Below are positions 18,436 through 27,433 of a stretch of 32,000 nt of DNA, one piece after another. This DNA is from Candidatus Omnitrophota bacterium (lineage in GTDB: Bacteria > Omnitrophota > Gorgyraeia > Duberdicusellales > 4484-171), in contig JAIPHU010000001.1 of NCBI GenBank assembly GCA_021735045.1, forward strand, positions 1 through 32,000, read 5' to 3'. How positions within the stretch are numbered: position 1 is the stretch's first letter; each line of letters starts with the position of its first letter. A program made the position numbers and the translations under genes. The notes under the pieces are model-generated. The model was not told where the DNA came from. It saw only the letters and a program-made list of their open reading frames with translations, and searched no databases.

Positions 18436-19739
18436 ATAAACAAAAAACAATTAAAAGTAAATTTTTTCTAGAAGGCAAAGGGCTTCATACTGGAGAAAAC
18501 GCAAAACTTGAATTTTTACCTGCACCGGTGGGGACAGGAGTTGTGTTTATAAAACAAGACGTTAATCCGCCTATTTTGATTAAAGGGGATTTTAATTCAA
18601 TTGATGATTTTGATAACTATCCCCGCAGAAGTTCGATTGGATTAGGAGATAATCATATTCAAACCATCGAACATCTTATGGCATCTTTATCTCTTTTAAG
18701 TATTGATAATATCCAAATTAATATATGGGGTAATGAGATTCCCGGGTTGGATGGAAGTGCCAAAGATTTTGTTGAAAAGATAAAAGAAATAGGAGTAGCT
18801 GCCCAAGAAGCTAGCCGAGAAGTTTTAGTAGTTAAAGAACCGATATGGTTGGAAGAAGGCGATAGTTCAATTGTACTTTTGCCTTCTGATGAGTTCCGTA
18901 TTTCTTATGGCTTAGATTACGAAAATTTAAAAATTGGTTCTGGTTTTGCTGATATAGTTTTAGATGATAAACATTTAGATAATTTTTATCAAGCTAGAAC
19001 TTTTTGTCTTAAAAAAGAAGTAGATAATTTGCTTAAGATGGGTTTGGGTAAAGGAGCAAACTATAAAAACACTTTGGTTGTTTCAGACCAAGGGGTTGTC
19101 GATAACAAATTAAGATTCCACGATGAGTTTATAAAACATAAAATATTAGATTTAGTAGGTGATCTTTATCTAGCCGGCCCAATTAAAGCTCATATTATTG
19201 CAGTAAGAAGCGGCCATTCTTTGAATATGAAGTTACTGCAAAAATTACGGAGATATAAACAAAAAACAAGTAGCGCTGGAGTTCCGTCTAGAGCTGGGTA
19301 TATTCCAGAAAATACTGAGCTTGATATCGAAGAGATAATGAAAATACTTCCGCATCGCTATCCTTTTCTTTTGGTAGACAGGATTGTTGAGTTAGACCGG
19401 GGCAAAAGAGCTGTAGGGATTAAAAGTGTTACTATCAATGAGTATTTTTTTCAAGGACATTTTCCTGAAAAACCAGTCATGCCGGGAGTGCTTTTAGTTG
19501 AAGCTATGGCTCAAGTAGGGGGAGTGCTTATGTTGGCTTGTCCTGAGCATCGAGGCAAGTTAGCTTATTTTATGGCAGCTGATAAGGTAAAGTTTAGAAA
19601 AACAGTTTTGCCCGGAGATCAATTGGTTATGGAAGTATGGACAAAAAAAATTAGAAGTAGAACTGGCAAAGTAGCAGCTAAGGCTAAAGTTGCCGGCAAA
19701 GTAGTAGCTGAAGCTGAACTTATGTTTTCGTTAGTTTGA
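18432..19739 (+). CDS. lpxC-fabZ: Bifunctional UDP-3-O-acyl-GlcNAc deacetylase / 3-hydroxyacyl-ACP dehydratase (LpxC-FabZ fusion)
   Basis: N-terminal half is LpxC-like (TIK....[26 protein letters not shown]). C-terminal ~145 aa is FabZ-like ([36 protein letters not shown]). The start overlaps the lpxD stop by 4 nt. Confidence 0.92.
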   Translation: MNKQKTIKSKFFLEGKGLHTGENAKLEFLPAPVGTGVVFIKQDVNPPILIKGDFNSIDDFDNYPRRSSIGLGDNHIQTIEHLMASLSLLSIDNIQINIWGNEIPGLDGSAKDFVEKIKEIGVAAQEASREVLVVKEPIWLEEGDSSIVLLPSDEFRISYGLDYENLKIGSGFADIVLDDKHLDNFYQARTFCLKKEVDNLLKMGLGKGANYKNTLVVSDQGVVDNKLRFHDEFIKHKILDLVGDLYLAGPIKAHIIAVRSGHSLNMKLLQKLRRYKQKTSSAGVPSRAGYIPENTELDIEEIMKILPHRYPFLLVDRIVELDRGKRAVGIKSVTINEYFFQGHFPEKPVMPGVLLVEAMAQVGGVLMLACPEHRGKLAYFMAADKVKFRKTVLPGDQLVMEVWTKKIRSRTGKVAAKAKVAGKVVAEAELMFSLV

Positions 19740-19753
19740 AATACAGCCCCAAA

Positions 19754-19840
19754 CCAGCCATTGAACCAGAGTTTGCCTTCAATCAAAGAAAGGATGCAAA
19801 CACGGTTCAAGGCTGGGATAAACCGTACTTGTTCTGGTTC
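19754..19840 (+). promoter_or_regulatory. Structured spacer with mutually exclusive helices inside the lpx operon
   Basis: 19754-19767 pairs with 19804-19816 (13 bp, one bulged A). The same segments can instead pair 19763-19770 with 19833-19840 (8 bp) and 19802-19807 with 19821-19826 (6 bp). Confidence 0.4.
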
Positions 19841-19893
19841 TGGGCAGATAGATAACAGATTAACACAGATAAAGGAGATAGAGAGCAAGCGAG

Positions 19894-20682
19894 ATGGCAA
19901 AGAAAATTGATCCAAAAGCAATAGTAGGCTCTAAGGCGAAGATAGCAGATAATGTCGAGGTAGGGCCTTATGCTATAATTTCCGATGATGCCCAAATAGG
20001 GAGCGGTACAAAAATTGAGCCTTTTGCTCAAGTCCTCGGGCAGACTAAAGTAGGTTCTAACTGCCATATCTTTTCTCAAGCTGTAGTAGGAAGCATCCCC
20101 CAAGACCTAAAGTATAAGGGGGAAAGAAGTTATTTGGTTGTAGGAGATAACAACCGAATCAGGGAGTTTGTTACTATTAATCCTGGTACAGAAAAAGATG
20201 CAAAGACGATAATTGGTAATAATAACTTAATTATGGCTTATTCTCATATTGCTCATGATTGTGTTATTGGTGATGAAAATGTTTTAGCTAACGGAGCTAC
20301 TTTAGCTGGCTATGTAGACGTTGGCAATAATGTGGTAGTAGGTGGCCTTGTAGCTATTCATCAGTTTTGTCAATTAGGAGATCATTCCATAGTTGGAGGA
20401 TGTTCTAAGGTTGTTCAAGACGTTCCTCCCTATTCGATGTGTGATGGCCATCCAGCAATTGTCAGAGCCTTAAATTCAATTGGCTTAAAAAGAAAAAATT
20501 TTTCTTCTTCGGCAATAAAAGATTTAAAAAAAGCATTTAAAATACTTTTTTTTAGCGATCACTCTTTTGATCAAGCAAAAAAAATTACTGGTGAAACGAT
20601 TGGTTCAGTTGAACAGGTCAAGTTTCTTCTTGGTTTTATCTCAAACTCTAAACGAGGTATAGGTAGAAGACAAGATAAATGA
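19894..20682 (+). CDS. lpxA: Acyl-ACP--UDP-GlcNAc O-acyltransferase
   Basis: Hexapeptide beta-helix followed by a C-terminal helical domain (ALNSIGLKRKNFS...). Confidence 0.93.
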   Translation: MAKKIDPKAIVGSKAKIADNVEVGPYAIISDDAQIGSGTKIEPFAQVLGQTKVGSNCHIFSQAVVGSIPQDLKYKGERSYLVVGDNNRIREFVTINPGTEKDAKTIIGNNNLIMAYSHIAHDCVIGDENVLANGATLAGYVDVGNNVVVGGLVAIHQFCQLGDHSIVGGCSKVVQDVPPYSMCDGHPAIVRALNSIGLKRKNFSSSAIKDLKKAFKILFFSDHSFDQAKKITGETIGSVEQVKFLLGFISNSKRGIGRRQDK

Positions 20683-20725
20683 TTTTAATTTATTTAGTAA
20701 TTTTGCTTATCGATAAGGTATTTAT

Positions 20726-21538
20726 ATGCAAATAGGTATTATTGCCGGAAACAAGAACCTCCCTTTACTTTTAGCTAAAAGACTTTCCGAGAGTAAAAAA
20801 TTTAGGAAAATAGTAGGAGTTTGTTTCAAGGGGGAAACTTCTTCTAAATTTTGTAAATACGTCGATCAATGTTTGTGGGTAGAAGTTGGTAAATTAAAAG
20901 ATTTAAGCGAAGCTATTAAAACTCAAAAGGTAAAAGATTGGGTGATGGTAGGCCAAATTAATCCTTTAAATATATTTAAAGAAAAAAAATGGGATGATGA
21001 ATTAAAAAAAATAGTTAACGAGCAAACAAATTTTTGCCCTCACACTATTTTTCAATTAATAATCAGTTATCTAGAAGCTGAAGGAATAAATTTTCTAGAT
21101 TCTACTTTTTACCTAGAAAATGATTTAGCAAAAAATGGTTTGATGAATGGTTTTAGTTTATCTGATTCAACTAGAGAAAATATTGAGTTTGGTTTAGATA
21201 AAATATCTAAATTTGTTGAAATGGATATAGGGCAAACTTTAGTTGTAAAAAATAATGCAGTAGTTGCTGTAGAATCTTTAGAAGGGACCGATAACACGAT
21301 AAAAAGAGGAGCTAAAATAGCTGGATTAGGTATAACTGTATTGAAGTTTGCTAAAGAAGCTCAAGATTTGCGTTTTGATGTTCCGGTTGTTGGTATAGCA
21401 ACTTTAAAGTTGCTTAAAAAAGTTCGGGCTGCTTGCTTGGCCTTAGAAAAAGATAAAACCATAATTCTAGATAAAGAAAAGTTCCTGGATTTAAGTAAAA
21501 AATGGAAAATTTCCGTAATTGGCCTAACCCGAAGATAG
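20726..21538 (+). CDS. lpxI: UDP-2,3-diacylglucosamine pyrophosphatase LpxI (DUF1009)
   Basis: IGIIAGN..LPLLLA N-terminus and DIGQTLVVKNNAVVAVESLEGTDNTIKRG core, in lpx context. Confidence 0.8.
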   Translation: MQIGIIAGNKNLPLLLAKRLSESKKFRKIVGVCFKGETSSKFCKYVDQCLWVEVGKLKDLSEAIKTQKVKDWVMVGQINPLNIFKEKKWDDELKKIVNEQTNFCPHTIFQLIISYLEAEGINFLDSTFYLENDLAKNGLMNGFSLSDSTRENIEFGLDKISKFVEMDIGQTLVVKNNAVVAVESLEGTDNTIKRGAKIAGLGITVLKFAKEAQDLRFDVPVVGIATLKLLKKVRAACLALEKDKTIILDKEKFLDLSKKWKISVIGLTRR

Positions 21539-23430
21539 CCTTTGTTACAAAAGTTGCAGTTGTATTAATTTTTATTTTTGTCCTGCCAGCAGTTGTTTTA
21601 GCAAAAGATAAATCTAGCCAAATAAATAGTTATCTTAATACTGCCACAATTTTTGAAAAATCTTTTCAATACGAAAAAGCTATAGGGGTAATTAAGAGCT
21701 GTGAGTACCAAAATAATTCTAATATTTTAAAATATTTAGCGAAGCTTTTTTGTTTAACGGGAAAAAGTAAAGAAGCTTATCAAAAATTAAACAGTTTGAC
21801 TAATAAAAGCTGGGTTGACTATCTGTATTTAGGCTTAATAAATGAAAAATTAGGCCAAGTTAATCAAGCTATTGATGCTTATAAAAAATCTTTGAAATTA
21901 GAAAAGAATAGTATTGGCCTTTTTAGGTTAGCCAAAATATATCGGGCGAGAAAAAAATATAATAAGGCAGCTAATTTTTTTAAAAAGTTAATAGATTACG
22001 ATTCAAGTATAAGGGTGGCTTATTATTATCTTGGTCAATGCTTAAGAAAGGTTGATCAAAATAGAGAAGCTTACGAGAGCCTAGCTAAAGCATTTAGTTT
22101 TTTTCCTGGCCGGATTAAGGTAAAAGAAGAACTTAAAGAAGTAAAGCGAAAATTAGGTAAGGATTTTTTTGAAAAAAGAAAAAAATTAAAAGCTGAAAAA
22201 AGGCAAAAAGTTAAACTGGTTTCTTACCAAAAGCAAGAGAATGTTCCTTATGTCCGGATAGGAGTTGCTGTTGACTTAGGTAAATTTTCTTTACTTTCGC
22301 CTTCTGATTTTAAAATAAAAAGCAAAGATTTAGTTTATGAAGGCAAACCAGACATTTTTTATCAGTTTCAGTTAAAAGAAAACAAGATTGTTTTATCAAA
22401 CCATAAAACCGGCCAAGTTTATGAAACCTTTTTCTTACCGGTTGAAATCATTTCTAGGCCAATCAATAGGAAAAGTTATCCTTTCTATATATTAGATGTA
22501 GTGTATGGAAGCGGAAATTTTTGGCATAAAAAAATTGATAGGGCTTATCGGGGTAGCTTTGAGGTTATTTTAAAAAATAATAAAATTAACTTAGTAAATA
22601 TTGTCAGCATCGAGGAGTATCTTTATGGAGTGTTAGCTGCCGAGATTCCGGCTGGAGCCAACAAAGAGGCTCTTAAAGCACAAGCTGTTTTAGCCAGAAG
22701 TTTGGCTATTAGGAATAAAGCAAGGCATATTGGCCAAGGTTTTGATTTTTGCGCCGATAGTCATTGTCAAGTTTATCATGGTTTATCGGCTGAGACCGAA
22801 TCTACTAAAGAAGCAGTAGATGAAACCCGGGGTAGAATTATTTCTTATGAAGGTAAAGTCCCGGAAATTTTTTACCACTCTAACTGTGGAGGGTGTTTGT
22901 CCCCCGATATTTTTGGCCAAAAACAATATTTAGCAAAAGGACGAGATTCAGAAAATAAAAATATGCCGCAATCAATATACAAAAAACAACAATGGTTTTT
23001 AGAATATCCAAAAACTTTTTGTTTTAGAAAAAGTTCTAAATTTCGTTGGCAACGAATCTATGATCAAGAAGATTTTAGTATTGCTTTTGGGGCTAGAATA
23101 AAAGATTTAACCAATATTATTCCTAGAGAGCAGAAAGATTGTTGTCGTTATGCTAAAATGGATGTTGTCATTGGAGATGAGTTAATAAGTTTAGAAAGTG
23201 GTTTAGAAATTAGAAACTTTTTTGACCATCTTCGCAGCAGTGCTTTTTCTTTGGAGTTAAGAAAAAGTGCAGGAGCTGAAACTGAGATGCTTATTTTTTG
23301 GGGTTCGGGGTTCGGCCATGGAACAGGCCTTTGCCAGGAAGGAGCTATTGGCATGGCCAAGGAAGGTTATAATTATAAGCAGATATTAAACCATTATTAT
23401 CCGGAAGGCAAAATAGAGAAATATTATTAA
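21502..23430 (+). CDS. Secreted TPR-repeat protein with a C-terminal SpoIID/LytB domain
   Basis: Signal peptide, then TPR-like repeats (residues ~40-200), then SpoIID-type motifs (EEYLYGVLAAEIP, EALKAQAVLARS, HCQVY, YHSNCGG, GHGTGLCQ.GA..MA..G). The start is uncertain because the ORF overlaps lpxI by 37 nt. Confidence 0.8.
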   Translation: MENFRNWPNPKIAFVTKVAVVLIFIFVLPAVVLAKDKSSQINSYLNTATIFEKSFQYEKAIGVIKSCEYQNNSNILKYLAKLFCLTGKSKEAYQKLNSLTNKSWVDYLYLGLINEKLGQVNQAIDAYKKSLKLEKNSIGLFRLAKIYRARKKYNKAANFFKKLIDYDSSIRVAYYYLGQCLRKVDQNREAYESLAKAFSFFPGRIKVKEELKEVKRKLGKDFFEKRKKLKAEKRQKVKLVSYQKQENVPYVRIGVAVDLGKFSLLSPSDFKIKSKDLVYEGKPDIFYQFQLKENKIVLSNHKTGQVYETFFLPVEIISRPINRKSYPFYILDVVYGSGNFWHKKIDRAYRGSFEVILKNNKINLVNIVSIEEYLYGVLAAEIPAGANKEALKAQAVLARSLAIRNKARHIGQGFDFCADSHCQVYHGLSAETESTKEAVDETRGRIISYEGKVPEIFYHSNCGGCLSPDIFGQKQYLAKGRDSENKNMPQSIYKKQQWFLEYPKTFCFRKSSKFRWQRIYDQEDFSIAFGARIKDLTNIIPREQKDCCRYAKMDVVIGDELISLESGLEIRNFFDHLRSSAFSLELRKSAGAETEMLIFWGSGFGHGTGLCQEGAIGMAKEGYNYKQILNHYYPEGKIEKYY

Positions 23431-23449
23431 GGCTGGCTAGATTTAAAAT

Positions 23450-23917
23450 ATGTATTTTTTAAAGAAAAGTGTAAATATAGTTATAGATTCAGTTATCCAT
23501 ATAGTTATTAGTTTAGAGATTTTTCTGATTGCTTATTTTAAAACAGGAAAAGTTTTTTATCTCTTACCGGCTGTATTAGGTGGGGTATTAATAGATATTG
23601 ATCATGTCATTGATTATTTAATTCAGTTTAGAAAAGTAGATTTTAAGGGGCTATTGTTTTTTCCTTACAGAAAAAGGAAAAATATATATTTATTTTTTCA
23701 TTCTTGGGAATTGGTTATTATTTTTTTTCTTTTTTCGTTTTTTTATGATTCTTTGTTTTGGCAAATATTTAGTTATTCTTGGGCCCTACATTTGTTGGTT
23801 GATAATATTGATGGTGCAAAAGATAAAAGGTTTTTTCATTATTTTTTTATTTATCGGTTAGCTAAGAAGTTTAAAACAGAAAAGTTAAAAGGATTTATTT
23901 TTGACAAGCGGTTATAG
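23450..23917 (+). CDS. Small polytopic membrane protein, possibly a YdjM/DUF457-like metal-dependent hydrolase
   Basis: Four to five hydrophobic segments with a His/Asp pattern (IDIDHVIDY, FHSWE, LHLLVDN). Weak family assignment. Confidence 0.4.
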   Translation: MYFLKKSVNIVIDSVIHIVISLEIFLIAYFKTGKVFYLLPAVLGGVLIDIDHVIDYLIQFRKVDFKGLLFFPYRKRKNIYLFFHSWELVIIFFLFSFFYDSLFWQIFSYSWALHLLVDNIDGAKDKRFFHYFFIYRLAKKFKTEKLKGFIFDKRL

Positions 23918-25306
23918 GTTGTTTTTTATAAGGTAGGTTTCTATATCTTTTGTAGTTTGAAAATTACCCAGATCTCTCCAAATTGCTTTATTTTCCATGC
24001 ATAAATAAATCGGTGTTTTTTGATCAAACCTCTTGATCTCTCTGGTTATCTTCTTATAAATTATTTTTCGTAAAAACTCAGGATATCTTAGTTTTTTATC
24101 CTTGCCAATTAACAGTTCCCCATAAAAAATATTGCTTTTGGGGAAGCGTTGTTCAACTATTGGTTTAAGTTGCCGGTTAGAGCGAAGCGTGCCTAAACTT
24201 ATCCAGGCAAAAGGTGGTTTAAGTTTAGCATAGAGTAACTGGATTAACTTTTTATAATCTTTTTCCCAATTTTTATAATAGATAATAGGGTCAAAATGAA
24301 AAGCTAACTTAAAACCTATATCTTGTATTTTTTTTGCAGCTGTTAATCTTTCTTGGAGTGAAGCGGCGCCTTTTTCTTCAAATTTAATAATTTTTTCAGG
24401 ATTAAGAGACCAGGAGATAATTATATTTGAAACTGGTTTTTGGGTTAGTATATTTTCAATTTTGTTACTTTTTGTTTTTAACTCAAATAAGACATTTTTA
24501 TTTTTAAAATATGAGATAAGTTCAGTAGAATAGTTGGTTATATGATCTAGAGCTAGGGAGTCGCAAAACTCACCGGTGCCAATTCGGATTGGCCTATCTA
24601 TTTTCTTTCTAAACTTATCAAATTGTCGAAAAAAATCTGTTAAATTTGCGGGTAAAATTATACCAGCAGAATTTGTGTATTGTTGTAGGTAACAATAGGA
24701 ACAATCAAAAGGACAGCCAAAACCAAGATTAAATATCCAATAACCGCAGCCAAGATGGCCTTTTGTACAAGGGCAGGGTTTTAGAAAGTCCCGATTTTCT
24801 TCTACAATAAAAACAAAAGGTTTTTTTAGTTCAGATAGCCTAAATTTATTATTTTTAATGTAGTCTTTTAAAGAAGATATTTGTTTTATTTTTAAGTTGG
24901 GAAAATGTTTTTGAAAGTTGTCGATTAAATAAGTTCCTTTTGTTTTTTTCTCAAAAAATAAAGTAGTTGGCCTAAAGGTATCTTTAACAGTCCAGTTGTC
25001 TTTGAGAGGGGCCTGCAGTTTATTTAAAAATATTTTTTTTCGATCAATATTTTTGTATGTAGAAGTTAAAGGAAAGCGAAGCTTAACTAAACAATCTTTA
25101 AGAGCAAAGAACTTATTTCTTCCTGTTTGCCTATCAACTTTTGAATTTGTTTTTAAGTAGTTGATAATTTTAGGTGTTGATATATTTTGTCTGCGGCTGA
25201 TTTCAAAAATAAGTCTTTTTATATCTTGGTATTGATTTTGGTTTAACTGAAACGCAAATGTTTTTTCCAATTCTTCTTTTAAAGTTTTATCTATATAATT
25301 TTTCAT
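23912..25306 (-). CDS. Radical SAM protein of the spore-photoproduct-lyase / DNA-photolyase-like family (COG1533-like), with an N-terminal extension
   Basis: GCPFDCSYCYLQ CxxxCxxC cluster motif. IGTGEFCDSLALDHIT and GFKLAFHFDPIIYY resemble B. subtilis SplB blocks as I recall them. About 100 extra N-terminal residues and an additional PCPCTKGHLGC cysteine patch. Confidence 0.65.
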   Translation of the reverse strand: MKNYIDKTLKEELEKTFAFQLNQNQYQDIKRLIFEISRRQNISTPKIINYLKTNSKVDRQTGRNKFFALKDCLVKLRFPLTSTYKNIDRKKIFLNKLQAPLKDNWTVKDTFRPTTLFFEKKTKGTYLIDNFQKHFPNLKIKQISSLKDYIKNNKFRLSELKKPFVFIVEENRDFLKPCPCTKGHLGCGYWIFNLGFGCPFDCSYCYLQQYTNSAGIILPANLTDFFRQFDKFRKKIDRPIRIGTGEFCDSLALDHITNYSTELISYFKNKNVLFELKTKSNKIENILTQKPVSNIIISWSLNPEKIIKFEEKGAASLQERLTAAKKIQDIGFKLAFHFDPIIYYKNWEKDYKKLIQLLYAKLKPPFAWISLGTLRSNRQLKPIVEQRFPKSNIFYGELLIGKDKKLRYPEFLRKIIYKKITREIKRFDQKTPIYLCMENKAIWRDLGNFQTTKDIETYLIKNNL

Positions 25307-26132
25307 ATTTGTTTAAAAGGTTTCTATATTTTTTGGCTTCTTTAGTTTTTTTTCTTAAAGTTGCGCCTTTTATATAGATTAAGCATTTGTTTTGTAGTTG
25401 CTGGTAGGCTGTTTGATATTGCTCTTTTTTTAAATTTTTAGTCTGAAGAATTTTATCTAAAGCATAAATTCTGAACTTATCTAGAGCTGGATATTTTTTA
25501 GATTGTTGATCTTTGTGCCCGCCTTCTTTTATGGTTAGGGTTTCTGGGATAAGGCATACCGGATATTGTGAGGTTGCCCTTAACCAAAAATCATAATCTT
25601 CGCAAGCTAATAAGTTTTGATCAAAATTACCGATTTGGCTAAAAATATCTTTTTTGATTACAGCAGTAGAGATACTAACAGAACATAATCTAGCTGCATT
25701 TTCAAATATAAATCCGTCTGGTTTTTTATGTTCTTTTTTTTGACTAAGGAGTTTACCATTTCTATACCAGATTTCTTTACTATGGAAGATTTTATAATCG
25801 GGATTTTTTTTTATGTATTTATAACTAATTATTAATTTATCGGTACGGAATCTGTCATCTGAATCTAGAAAACAGATAAACTTTCCTTTAGCTTTGGTTA
25901 TACCTAAGTTTCTTGCTGATGCGGGGCCTTTGTTTTCTTGGTAGTAGTAATTTAGTTTGGGATTTTTATAATTTTTGATAAGTTTTTTTGTAGAGTCATT
26001 TGAGCCGTCATCGACAATGATTAGTTCATAGTGAGGGTATGTCTGTTTTAGCACAGAGTCTACTGCTATTTTTAGAAACTGTCTGCGGTTATAGGTAGGA
26101 ATGATTATGCTAAAAAAAGGTTTTTTATCCAT
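25287..26132 (-). CDS. Family 2 glycosyltransferase
   Basis: FSIIIPTYNR....VDSVLKQTY...ELIIVDDGSND and DSDD motifs. The ORF track starts at a GTG at 26156; the ATG at 26132 (MDKKPFFSIIIP) seems more natural. Overlaps the radical SAM gene by 20 nt. Confidence 0.85.
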   Translation of the reverse strand: MDKKPFFSIIIPTYNRRQFLKIAVDSVLKQTYPHYELIIVDDGSNDSTKKLIKNYKNPKLNYYYQENKGPASARNLGITKAKGKFICFLDSDDRFRTDKLIISYKYIKKNPDYKIFHSKEIWYRNGKLLSQKKEHKKPDGFIFENAARLCSVSISTAVIKKDIFSQIGNFDQNLLACEDYDFWLRATSQYPVCLIPETLTIKEGGHKDQQSKKYPALDKFRIYALDKILQTKNLKKEQYQTAYQQLQNKCLIYIKGATLRKKTKEAKKYRNLLNKYEKLYR

Positions 26133-26223
26133 AATAAATTTTGTTAAATAAAACACTAATTGCCTAGACGGTTTGGTTCTTATCTGTATAATTATAACAT
26201 AATCGTCTTATATGCAAAGATCC

Positions 26224-26286
26224 GAAGGACGATGGATGAAGGACGAAAGGACGAAACGTCCATCTTCCTTTCGTCTGTCGTCTATC
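26224..26286. repeat. Palindrome built from GANGGAC heptads (element E4) in the hemW leader
   Basis: Left arm gaaggac gatggat gaaggac gaaaggac, loop gaaac, right arm gtccatc ttcctttc gtctgtc gtctatc. For example, gacgaaagg (26242-50) pairs with cctttcgtc (26267-75). Confidence 0.65.
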
Positions 26287-26314
26287 AAAACATTGGCATA
26301 GCGAGTTAATTATT

Positions 26315-27433
26315 ATGGAAAATTCATTATATATTCATATCCCTTTTTGTAGTAAGCGTTGCTATTATTGCGATTTTTATAGTACTATATATCAAAGAGA
26401 TTTAGCCGAAGCCTTGATCAATGTTTTCGATCGGCAGATTGAAAATTTTGATTCGGTATTTGATACAGTTTATATTGGTGGAGGAACACCAACAGTATTG
26501 ACGCTGGATTTGCTAGAAAGGTTGCTTTTAAAGTTAAAATCAGTAACTAGAGAAGTTAAAGAGTTTACCGTTGAGGCTAATCCGGAGAGCTTGGATGAAG
26601 ATAAAATCAGTCTATTTCTTGATCATGGTGTTGATAGAATAAGTATAGGGTGTCAATCTTTTAGTAATCTTAAGTTGAATTTTTTAGGTAGAGCCCATTC
26701 AGTTAAGCAAGCTATAAGCTCAATAGAGAAAGCTAAAAAGAAAGGTTTCGATAATATAAGTATAGATTTAATCTACGGACTGCCGATTGAGTCTTATAAG
26801 TTATGGCAAGAAGATTTTGTTAAAGCTACCAAGTTTCCTGTGACTCATATATCTGCTTATATGTTAACCTATGAGAAAGGTACTTGTTTATCTAGGAGCC
26901 TAGAGGCAGGTAAGATTTTATCTTTAAGTTCAGATAAAGTTGCTTTGATGTATAAACAGATGATAGACTATTTTACCAAGAGTAAGTTTTTTCAATACGA
27001 AATATCTAACTTTTCTAAAAAAGGATTTAAAGCTATCCATAATTCTAGATATTGGGAGAATCAATCTTATATAGGTTTAGGGCCTTCAGCTAGTTCTTAT
27101 TTTTCAGGAATAAGGCGGCGGAATATCTCTTCTTTACCTAAATATATAAAGGCCGTAAAAGAAAATACAAAAGTTTGGGAATATTCGGAAAAGCTTTCGC
27201 TTGTTGCATCAGCAAAAGAAACAGCTGCTTTAAAGATAAGGACAATAGAAGGAATAGAGTTTAACTGGTTTAGGCAAAAAACTGGATTTGACTTTTTGAA
27301 GCTAGAAAAAGAACCGCTAGCAGCACTGTTTAATCAAAAGTTAGTCAAATGGGCCAAAGGCGGGAAAAAAGCAATAAAGCTTACTAGAAAGGGTTTTTTG
27401 TTTGCTGATACTGTTTCGGCAACTTTCCTTTAA
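26315..27433 (+). CDS. hemW: Radical SAM heme chaperone HemW (oxygen-independent coproporphyrinogen-III oxidase-like)
   Basis: LYIHIPFCSKRCYYCDF, YIGGGTPT and HISAY motifs, with a HemN_C-like tail. Confidence 0.88.
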   Translation: MENSLYIHIPFCSKRCYYCDFYSTIYQRDLAEALINVFDRQIENFDSVFDTVYIGGGTPTVLTLDLLERLLLKLKSVTREVKEFTVEANPESLDEDKISLFLDHGVDRISIGCQSFSNLKLNFLGRAHSVKQAISSIEKAKKKGFDNISIDLIYGLPIESYKLWQEDFVKATKFPVTHISAYMLTYEKGTCLSRSLEAGKILSLSSDKVALMYKQMIDYFTKSKFFQYEISNFSKKGFKAIHNSRYWENQSYIGLGPSASSYFSGIRRRNISSLPKYIKAVKENTKVWEYSEKLSLVASAKETAALKIRTIEGIEFNWFRQKTGFDFLKLEKEPLAALFNQKLVKWAKGGKKAIKLTRKGFLFADTVSATFL

